This document shows positions 57,259-64,000 of a stretch of 64,000 nucleotides of DNA, piece by piece. The stretch is from Phycisphaerae bacterium. GTDB lineage: Bacteria; Planctomycetota; Phycisphaerae; WQYP01. Position numbers and translations under genes: made by a program. The stretch spans positions 1,137 to 65,136 of the forward strand of contig JBQCGD010000039.1 of NCBI GenBank assembly GCA_051955985.1, given 5' to 3'. The first letter of the stretch is position 1, and each line of letters begins with the position of its first letter. The notes under the pieces were generated by a model. That model did not search any database and was not told where the DNA came from. It saw nothing but the letters and a program-made list of their open reading frames with translations.

Positions 57259-57720
57259 ATGCTGCACCACCCCTCCGAAATCGTCGGCCTCGTCATAGTT
57301 GACCACGGCTCCAAAAAAGCCGCCGCCAACGACATGCTCCTCGATGTCGCCGCCATGTTCAAACGCGTCACCGGCACCCCGATCGTCGAGCCCGCCCACA
57401 TGGAGCTCGCCGAACCCTCCATCGCCCAGGCCTTCGACAAATGCGTCGCACAGGGTGCCACCCTCGTCGTCGTCCACCCCTACTTCCTCTCGCCCGGCCG
57501 CCACTCCACCACCGACATCCCCACCCTCACCGCCCAGGCCGCCGCCAAACATCCCGGCGTCAAATTCCACGTCACCCAGCCCCTCGGCCTCGACGAACGC
57601 ATCGCCCACATCATGTCCCAGCGCATCAGCCACTGCCTCCAGCACAACTTCACCTGCGACTACTGCCGCGCCACCGGCTGCTGCAACGGCACCCTCCTCG
57701 AACCCGCCACCGCCAAATAA
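57259..57720 (+). CDS. CbiX/SirB-type (small) chelatase-like protein with C-terminal Cys-rich tail
   Basis: LVIVDHGSKKAAAN...LVVVHPYFLSPGRHSTTDIP. Tail HCLQHNFTCDYCRATGCCNGT (5 Cys). Confidence 0.7.
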   Translation: MLHHPSEIVGLVIVDHGSKKAAANDMLLDVAAMFKRVTGTPIVEPAHMELAEPSIAQAFDKCVAQGATLVVVHPYFLSPGRHSTTDIPTLTAQAAAKHPGVKFHVTQPLGLDERIAHIMSQRISHCLQHNFTCDYCRATGCCNGTLLEPATAK

Positions 57721-57797
57721 CCCGCACACCAAATCGAACCACCCTGCGTGCCCCCACCGCCATCTCCCCATCGCCCCCCACCGGCTCGCTCATCCCT

Positions 57798-57825
57798 ACT
57801 TAACCACTTAACCACTTAACTTTTT
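57798..57825 (+). repeat. (ACTTAACC)x3 tandem octamer followed by T5
   Basis: acttaaccacttaaccacttaacttttt, 78 nt after the cbiX-like stop. Same unit as the 36153..36254 element. Confidence 0.5.
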
Positions 57826-57954
57826 ACCGCCCGCCCCCTCTTCCCTAATCCCCTCCCCGGATTCACCCGATAACGTATTTAGACTTTCCGATTGTAAGCC
57901 GCCCGTATTTCTGCTTAACTAGCGTTTGATGGCGACTCCAAGGGGGCAAATCGC

Positions 57955-58827
57955 GTGTCGCTCGAATCCATAGAAGCCTACCCGTGGTTCCTCAACAAAC
58001 GCCTTGACCTCATGGTCAATGACAACCTCGTCCACACCCGCTTCAACGCCAGTGAGTGGATGGACCACTGGCGGCCGCTCCTCGCCCGCTGCCTCGATCT
58101 CTGGCTCGCCGCAAAACCCCGCCGCTTCCTCGTCGCCATCGCCGGACCCCCCGGCTCCGGCAAGTCCGTCCTCGCCGAACAGCTCCACTGGCTCATCGAA
58201 CGCGGACTCCTCCACAAGGAAATGCACTCCGTCGCCCTCCCCATGGACGGCTTCCACTTCCCACAGGCCCACCTCCAGAACAACTTCCGAAGCCTCCCCG
58301 ACGGCACCCGCATCCCCCTCGACTCCGTCAAGGGACAGCCCGATACCTTCGACGTCAAATCCCTCCGACAGGCCATCAAAACCCTCGTCGGACGACCCGA
58401 ATACATGGAATGGCCCGGCTACTCCCGCTTCACCCACGACGTCGCCCCAGGCAAGTACCACATCCACTACTCCGCCAACTTCGTCATCGTCGAAGGCAAC
58501 TACATCCTCGTCGACCGCGGCCCCTTCCACGGCATCCCCGACCTCTTCGACCTCAAAATCTACATCGACGGCCCCGCCCCCAAAATCATCGCCAACCTCA
58601 TGGAACGCCACATCGCCGGCGGCAAGTCCGTCGATGAAGCCAAGGAATGGGTCAAACGCATCGACCTCCCCAACGCCCGCATCGCTGAATCCACCCGCTC
58701 TCACGCCGACGTCATCATCGAACGCGACGGCGACGACGACCTCTCCGCCATCAAATGGCGCGAAAAGCCGGCAGTCGCCGCTGCCCCCGCCGCAGCCGCA
58801 CCCGCCGCCCCATCCGCAAACCGGTAG
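57955..58827 (+). CDS. P-loop kinase of the phosphoribulokinase/uridine kinase (PRK) family
   Basis: Walker A IAGPPGSGKS. GTG start. Pro/Ala-rich C-terminal tail. Confidence 0.65.
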   Translation: MSLESIEAYPWFLNKRLDLMVNDNLVHTRFNASEWMDHWRPLLARCLDLWLAAKPRRFLVAIAGPPGSGKSVLAEQLHWLIERGLLHKEMHSVALPMDGFHFPQAHLQNNFRSLPDGTRIPLDSVKGQPDTFDVKSLRQAIKTLVGRPEYMEWPGYSRFTHDVAPGKYHIHYSANFVIVEGNYILVDRGPFHGIPDLFDLKIYIDGPAPKIIANLMERHIAGGKSVDEAKEWVKRIDLPNARIAESTRSHADVIIERDGDDDLSAIKWREKPAVAAAPAAAAPAAPSANR

Positions 58828-59022
58828 CAACCCCACCTGCGCAGCCACCCGACCCCTTTTTGGTAATCTGGGCAAGCCCCTACCCTCATTTTTAGGCCAA
58901 AATCGACAGGCCGCCAATGACGTACCCACGCTTGGCGATCTCCCCCGGCCACTCTCCTTCTAGCCTCCCCACTCCCCAAAAACCTGCTAAAATGCCCCGC
59001 TTGGAATCTCCCGGAGTACCTC

Positions 59023-59925
59023 ATGCGCTTCATCAAAATGCACGGCATCGGCAACGACTACGTCTACGTCGAGTCCTTCACCCAATCCATCGACCACCCC
59101 GAAAAGCTCGCCCCCAAACTCGCCGACCGCCACTTCGGCATCGGCGGCGACGGCCTCATCCTCGTCGCCCCCCCCACCGACGCCGCCAAAGCCCAGGGCG
59201 CCTCCGTCCGCATGCGCATGTTCAACGCCGACGGCTCCGAATCCGAAATGTGCGGCAACGGCGTCCGCTGCGTCGCCAAGTTCGCCTACGACCACGGCCT
59301 CTCCAAACAAAACCCCATGAAAGTCGAAACCGGCCGCGGCGTCCTCTCCCTCCAGCTCCACATCGACCCCGAGGCCGGCACGCAGCACGACAAGGTCGAA
59401 TCCGTCACCGTCAACATGGGCCCCCCCATCCTCGATCTCGAAAAAATCCCCGTCGACCCCCAATGGCTCGGCGCCACCAGCAACCCACGCCTCTTCCAGG
59501 TCCCCATGGGCACCTCCCTCGGCGTCGAAGCCACCTTCGTCTCCATGGGCAACCCCCACGCCGTCATTTATGTGGACAATGTCGCCAAGATCGACCTCGA
59601 AAAAATCGGCCCCGTCCTCGAAAACCACAAGGCCTTCCCCCGCCGCATGAACGTCCACTTCGTGCAGATCCACTCCCGCGAAGAAGTCACCATGCGCACC
59701 TGGGAACGCGGCTCCGGCGTCACCCTCGCCTGCGGCACCGGCGCCTCCGCCGTCTGCGTCGCCGGCGTCCTCACCAGCAAAACCGACCCCAGGATCCTCG
59801 CCCACCTCCCCGGCGGCGACCTCACCCTCGAATGGAAAGAAGCCTCCTCCGGCGGCGACGATTGTGTCTACATGACCGGCACCGCCACCGAAGTCTTCAC
59901 CGGCGAATGGCCCGAAAACAAATAA
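59023..59925 (+). CDS. dapF: diaminopimelate epimerase
   Basis: MRFIKMHGIGNDYVYV...MCGNGVRC...ERGSGVTLACGTGASA (both catalytic Cys motifs). Confidence 0.9.
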   Translation: MRFIKMHGIGNDYVYVESFTQSIDHPEKLAPKLADRHFGIGGDGLILVAPPTDAAKAQGASVRMRMFNADGSESEMCGNGVRCVAKFAYDHGLSKQNPMKVETGRGVLSLQLHIDPEAGTQHDKVESVTVNMGPPILDLEKIPVDPQWLGATSNPRLFQVPMGTSLGVEATFVSMGNPHAVIYVDNVAKIDLEKIGPVLENHKAFPRRMNVHFVQIHSREEVTMRTWERGSGVTLACGTGASAVCVAGVLTSKTDPRILAHLPGGDLTLEWKEASSGGDDCVYMTGTATEVFTGEWPENK

Positions 59926-59953
59926 AGCCCGCCGTCTCCGACGGCGCGGGCCG

Positions 59954-61627
59954 ATGGATTTTCACAACGAATTCGATTCCCTAAATCTGAGCACTCCCAC
60001 AATGACCCACCCTTTCACCATCCTCGCCCAAGCCGCGACCGTCGCCACCTCCCAGCCCGCGAACACCTGGCACGCCCCCTGGCAAAAATGGGTCACCTTC
60101 TACAGCACCCAGCTCGCCCTCACCACCGTCATTACCCTCGCCGCCCTCATCCTCTCCTACTGGGTCCTCTCCCGCATCTTCAAAAAGTTCCTCGACAAGT
60201 ACAAACTCCAGCGCCCCACCGCCCTCGGCGCCGTCGCCTGCATCTTCTATTTCACCCTCCTCGCCGCACACCCCCTTCTCATGGTCGACCCCTGGGACAT
60301 CATCGCCGTCACCATCCACAAAACCTTCGCCGCCATCCTCTGCCTCGTCGGCATCCGCTACATCGACCGCCTCATGATCCTCCCCGTCCTCACCCGCATC
60401 TCCGGCGGCCCGCCCTCCCGCTTCATCCACCAGATCGTCGTCAGCGTCCTCTCCGTCTTCATCATCGCCGGCTACTGCTCCTGGGCCTTCGGCATTGAGC
60501 TCGGCTCCCTCGTCGCCGGCTCCGCCGTCGTCTCCATCGTCATCGGCCTCGCCCTCCAGGAAACTCTCGGCAACTTCTTCTCCGGCATGGTCCTCCAGGC
60601 CTCCGTCCCCTTCCAGCCCGGCGACTGGATCAAGATCGGCGACACCGAGGGCCGCGTCGTCGAAATGACCTGGCGCGCTGTCACCCTCATCACCCTCGCC
60701 AACAACTACGTCCTCATCCCCAACAGCACCGTCGCCAAGGAAACCATCGTCAATTACCACTCCCCCACCGTCGCCACCGCGACCAACATCGCCGTCGGCC
60801 TCGAATACTCGCTCCCCCCCAACGACGCCAAGCGCATTCTCATCCAGGCCGCCCTCGACACCGACGGCGTCCTCCCCGATCCCGCCCCCTCCGCCGCCCT
60901 CATCTCCTTCGACGATTCCGCCATCACCTACAAAGTATTCTTCTGGATCAAGGAACCCCAGAAACACGGCGCCATCGAGCAGATGGTCCGCACGAACTTG
61001 TGGTACCGCCTCAACCAGGCCGGCTACGGAATCCCCTTCCCCATCCGCACCGTCGAGTGGTCCGACAGCGACAAAAAACAGGCCGCCCTCAACAGCACCG
61101 CCCGCAATGCCCGCCTCGCCTCGCTCAAGAAGAGCCCCCTCTTCGCCGACCTCGGCCCGGAACTCCAGGAGCGGCTCGCCGCCGAAACCCGCGAATTCAC
61201 CCTCGCCGCCGGGCAGACCTTCTTCCGCCAGGGCGATTTCGGCGACTCGCTCTTCGTCCTCCAGTCCGGCACCGTCGTCGTCACCTATCGCACCGATAGC
61301 GGAACCGATATCGAAGTCGCCACCCTCGATGCCCCCAACATCTTCGGCGAAGTCTCCGCCGTCACCGGCCAGACCCGCGGCGCCACCTACCGCGCAAAGA
61401 CCGACGTGCGCGCCTTCGAAGTCGACCGCGACCACCTCCAGGACCTCTTCACCCACGACCCCCAGCTCGCCACCCACTTTTCCCAGATCGTCGCCGAGCG
61501 CCAGAACCAGCGCGAAGAGCTCCTCAAAAAACTGGGCGCCACCCGCAGCGCCGAACAGCAGGCCCACGCCCAGTCCCACAACGTCCTCGACCGCATGAAA
61601 CGCCTCTTCTCCCTCCGCAGCCGCTGA
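59954..61627 (+). CDS. MscS-family mechanosensitive channel fused to a C-terminal cyclic-nucleotide-binding domain
   Basis: TM region + MscS beta-domain (GDWIKIGDTEGRVVEMTWRAVTL...NNYVLIPNS) + cNMP domain (FRQGDFGDSLFVLQSGTV...FGEVSAV). Start may instead be ATG 60002. Confidence 0.8.
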   Translation: MDFHNEFDSLNLSTPTMTHPFTILAQAATVATSQPANTWHAPWQKWVTFYSTQLALTTVITLAALILSYWVLSRIFKKFLDKYKLQRPTALGAVACIFYFTLLAAHPLLMVDPWDIIAVTIHKTFAAILCLVGIRYIDRLMILPVLTRISGGPPSRFIHQIVVSVLSVFIIAGYCSWAFGIELGSLVAGSAVVSIVIGLALQETLGNFFSGMVLQASVPFQPGDWIKIGDTEGRVVEMTWRAVTLITLANNYVLIPNSTVAKETIVNYHSPTVATATNIAVGLEYSLPPNDAKRILIQAALDTDGVLPDPAPSAALISFDDSAITYKVFFWIKEPQKHGAIEQMVRTNLWYRLNQAGYGIPFPIRTVEWSDSDKKQAALNSTARNARLASLKKSPLFADLGPELQERLAAETREFTLAAGQTFFRQGDFGDSLFVLQSGTVVVTYRTDSGTDIEVATLDAPNIFGEVSAVTGQTRGATYRAKTDVRAFEVDRDHLQDLFTHDPQLATHFSQIVAERQNQREELLKKLGATRSAEQQAHAQSHNVLDRMKRLFSLRSR

Positions 61628-61634
61628 GGCCCCC

Positions 61635-63119
61635 TCACGCCTCCCGCGTCCGCAGAATCGCCCCGCAGTTCGCAAAATGCACCCGCTGCTCCGGCGAAAA
61701 CCGCGCCCCGCGCAGGTCCACGAGGTAGAAATCGGTCCCCGTCACGAACGCCTCGCGCAGGTCGCACCCGCACAGATTCGCCTTCCGAATCTCCTCCGGC
61801 GCCTTGTACTCCTGCTCGCAGTAATCGTCCGTGTAAAACCCCGTCCGCGTCCCCTCCGACGCAATCACGCTCCCCACCAGCCCGCTCCGCGACGACCCCA
61901 GATGAAACGATGCCTTCGTAAAATCCGCCCCGCGCAGGTCCACGTTCTCCCAGTTCACCTCCGCCAGGCCGGTGTAGCGCAACACCGCCCCGCCCAGGTC
62001 GCTGCCCGACAAATCTGAACTTGTCAGATACGACCCCGTGAAGTTCACACCCACAAAATCCATTCCGCGCATTTCCATCCCCTCGAGGTCGCAGTATCGA
62101 ATCGTGGCCCGGCGAAACACCGCGCCTTCGAATGCCGCCGCGCGCATCGTCACGTTCAACCAGCTCGTGCCGGTCAGATCGGCATTCCGAAAGCTCGCCC
62201 CCTCCGGCTTCATGCCAAAGAGGCGCGCCCCCGCCAACCGCGCCCCTTCGAACGTCGCTCCTTCCACGACCGTGCCCCGCAGCCTTGCATCGTGCAGCAC
62301 CGCCCCGGCCAGGCACGCGTTGGTGAAATCCGCCTCGTCGAGCAACGCCGAATCCGCCACCGCCTTCGTCCAGTCGCTGGAGGAAAAAGTCGCTCCCACG
62401 GCATCCACCGACGCCAGGTACGCCCCCGCAAAAACCGTCCCCGCACAGTTTGCCCGCTGCAGGTTCGCCGCCCGCAGGTATGCGTTTTTCAGAACAGCGC
62501 CCGACAAATCCGCTCCGGTCAAATTCGCCTCTTCCAGACGCACCCCCTCCCACTGCGCCCCGCACAACCGCGCTCCCTGCAGAAATTTCAGTTTGTGCTC
62601 GTCCCGGGGGCGCCACTGCGCATTCATCGCCAGCAGCATCCCCACAATCACCGGCTGCATGTGAATCTTCGCCAGCCCCTTTTCCAGAATCTCCAGCGCT
62701 TCCACATGCCCCCGCAGCGCCTCCCCCGTTTTCTCGACCACGTCAAACGGCAGCGGCCGAACGAGTGGCCGCAAATCTCCCTTCAGAATCTCCCGCGCCA
62801 ACCCCTCGCTGGCCAGCAGCGCCACGACGTACGGATGCCCCACCGCCATGACCTTCTTCGTGTCCCACGCGTTCTGCAAAATCCGCTTCAAACACTCTCC
62901 CCCCGCCGCCACGTAATCCTCGTCACTCCCCAATCGTGCGCGCACATAGCGGCGCACCCCCGTGTCCACATCCGCCAGCGCCTCATCCCGCACAAACTCC
63001 TCAAGCACCGGCGCGACAAATCCGGGCACGCCCTCCAGCCGCTCCGCCCCCGCCCGTTTCCACCGCTCCATCACCGATGCGCACTTGCCGCGGTGTCGCG
63101 CCAGCAAATACTCAATCAC
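61635..63119 (-). CDS. pentapeptide-repeat protein with ~190-aa helical N-terminal region (GTG start)
   Basis: Long arrays of A(D/N)L.G pentapeptides (ANLTGADLSGAVLKNAYLRAANLQRANCAG...). GGAGAGGA 5 nt upstream of GTG 63119. The start lies 1 nt after the stop of the upstream P-loop ORF, in a different frame. Confidence 0.75.
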   Translation of the reverse strand: MIEYLLARHRGKCASVMERWKRAGAERLEGVPGFVAPVLEEFVRDEALADVDTGVRRYVRARLGSDEDYVAAGGECLKRILQNAWDTKKVMAVGHPYVVALLASEGLAREILKGDLRPLVRPLPFDVVEKTGEALRGHVEALEILEKGLAKIHMQPVIVGMLLAMNAQWRPRDEHKLKFLQGARLCGAQWEGVRLEEANLTGADLSGAVLKNAYLRAANLQRANCAGTVFAGAYLASVDAVGATFSSSDWTKAVADSALLDEADFTNACLAGAVLHDARLRGTVVEGATFEGARLAGARLFGMKPEGASFRNADLTGTSWLNVTMRAAAFEGAVFRRATIRYCDLEGMEMRGMDFVGVNFTGSYLTSSDLSGSDLGGAVLRYTGLAEVNWENVDLRGADFTKASFHLGSSRSGLVGSVIASEGTRTGFYTDDYCEQEYKAPEEIRKANLCGCDLREAFVTGTDFYLVDLRGARFSPEQRVHFANCGAILRTREA

Positions 63120-63120
63120 A

Positions 63121-63465
63121 TCATCCTCTCCCCACGGCTCGAGCAGAAAACAGATTGTCCCCGCCGGATGCCTCCCCGGCGATCACCACATGGCCGTCCT
63201 TCGGAAGCGGACTCTCGGGCAGCCCATCATCAATGCACGTGACTTCTCTCCCAAACACCTCCCGCAGATGCCGTAGCGCCATGCTCTTTCCCGCTCCCGC
63301 CGGACCGACGACGTTGATCACCTGCCGCTGTTTCGCCCGCAGAAGAGCCTCCACGTGATACACCAGCGGCAGCGCCTCTCCGCCCCCGAGCGCGCGGGCG
63401 CGCGGCGCGACCGGCACGCGCTCGCCTCCACCGCCCGTCTCGAGATGTCCGGCCTTATCGCTCAT
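63121..63465 (-). CDS. small P-loop NTPase ORF (Walker A VVGPAGAGKS), possibly the frame-split N-terminus of the downstream pentapeptide protein
   Basis: MSDKAGHLE...INVVGPAGAGKSMALRHL...DGHVVIAGEASGG. Start limited by the divergent + strand gene at 63541. G/T-ending codons like the downstream gene. Confidence 0.5.
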   Translation of the reverse strand: MSDKAGHLETGGGGERVPVAPRARALGGGEALPLVYHVEALLRAKQRQVINVVGPAGAGKSMALRHLREVFGREVTCIDDGLPESPLPKDGHVVIAGEASGGDNLFSARAVGRG

Positions 63466-63540
63466 TCCGCCCATCGTATCAACGCCCCCCGCGTCTCCGA
63501 AGAAATTTCCCCGCCCCGCGGCCCCCGCTATACTCCCAGC

Positions 63541-64000
63541 ATGACCAGCCCCTCTCGCGCAGTCCCCGCCCGCGGCTTCCAGATCCGCCACCCGGTCCCC
63601 CTCCTCCTGCTCCTTGCCGCCGTCCTCATCTACTCCTTCCGCGCCTACAACCTCGCCGTCCCCTCCTTCTACGGCATCGCCGATGAACACGGCTACATGA
63701 TGACCGCCAAGCGCCTCGCCACCCACGGCGCCTTCGCCCAGCACCAGCCCGACCCCTACGCCTTCATCGGCGAAACGATGATGCAGTCCGCCAAGGACCC
63801 CACTGTCTACTATCTCCGCCAGCCCGTCGGATACCCGCTCCTTCTCGCCGCCGCGTATTGGCTCGGCGGCCCGGGCGGCCCCTACTTCGTCAACCCGCTC
63901 CTCGGCATTGCGCTTCTGATTGCCGTGTACATCATCGGCCGCGAACTTGGCGCACCCCTCATGGGCGCCGTTGCTGCAATCGTGCTCGCGTGCCATCCGC
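63541..64000 (+). CDS. GT-C fold glycosyltransferase-like membrane protein (ArnT/PMT-like), 3'-truncated by window edge
   Basis: Not in the ORF track (no stop before window end). MTSPSRAVPARGFQIRHPVPLLLLLAAVLIYSFRAYNLAVPSFYGIADEHGYMMTAKRLA... Confidence 0.6.
   Translation, partial: MTSPSRAVPARGFQIRHPVPLLLLLAAVLIYSFRAYNLAVPSFYGIADEHGYMMTAKRLATHGAFAQHQPDPYAFIGETMMQSAKDPTVYYLRQPVGYPLLLAAAYWLGGPGGPYFVNPLLGIALLIAVYIIGRELGAPLMGAVAAIVLACHP

Noticed and set aside
55654-57771. 705-aa minus-strand Gly/Asp/Glu-rich ORF
   Set aside because: Antisense to the AI-2E transporter and cbiX-like genes. Low-complexity translation.
1-64000. CRISPR arrays, tRNA/rRNA genes, transposases, integrases, phage genes
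   Set aside because: No regularly spaced direct repeats with unique spacers. No cloverleaf-compatible tRNA-like segments noticed by eye. No recognisable DDE/tyrosine recombinase proteins in any frame. tRNA absence is low-confidence without a covariance search.

Overview
High-GC (about 65-70%) bacterial chromosomal segment. PEP-CTERM tails, DUF1559 prepilin-like (H-X9-DG) proteins, autotransporter-type beta-strand repeat proteins and GT-C glycosyltransferases suggest a Verrucomicrobia/Planctomycetes-type genome. In this GC range all six frames carry long open ORFs, so many track ORFs are antisense artefacts. Gene calls below rest on recognisable protein families, RBS/start context and codon periodicity.

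Content, left to right:
- sigma-54 enhancer-binding protein (5'-partial), a Lys-rich hypothetical, dGTPase, DUF1559 pseudopilin, GH28 polygalacturonase, and a GAF-PAS-GGDEF-EAL signalling protein.
- YghZ-like aldo/keto reductase, then two paralogous ArnT-like GT-C membrane proteins flanking a PQQ-sugar-dehydrogenase / cytochrome c / pseudopilin operon.
- A compact lipid or polyketide-like cluster: KS plus a His-less chain-length-factor-like KS, a small PEP-CTERM protein, FabZ-like, ACP-like, FabZ-like.
- nuoA-nuoB, then an accessory stretch (Nudix, CHAD, ppx interrupted by an in-frame TAG, DUF3309 mini-protein, SAM-methyltransferase, GH78 rhamnosidase, orphan MNT nucleotidyltransferase), then nuoN-L-K-J on the opposite strand.
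- KdgK-like sugar kinase, a VapBC toxin-antitoxin pair, then four tandem giant secreted proteins (the first with a pectate-lyase domain) carrying beta-strand repeats, dockerin-like twin repeats and PEP-CTERM tails.
- A PEP-CTERM PQQ-dehydrogenase, gmhA, an AI-2E transporter, a small CbiX with a Cys-rich tail, a P-loop kinase, dapF, MscS fused to a cNMP-binding domain, a pentapeptide-repeat protein preceded by a small P-loop ORF (possible split STAND-like NTPase), and the start of a third GT-C protein.

No tRNA, rRNA, CRISPR array, transposase or integrase was recognised.

Most unusual signals:
- The + strand third-codon-position composition flips polarity in blocks, consistent with an inverted ~25 kb segment (about 19.6-44.3 kb).
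- Numerous short tandem or inverted repeat elements in intergenic regions.
- A KS/CLF-dehydratase-ACP mini-cluster.
- A recently homogenised 160-bp dockerin/PEP-CTERM module.
- An interrupted ppx.
- A frame-split P-loop/pentapeptide gene pair.
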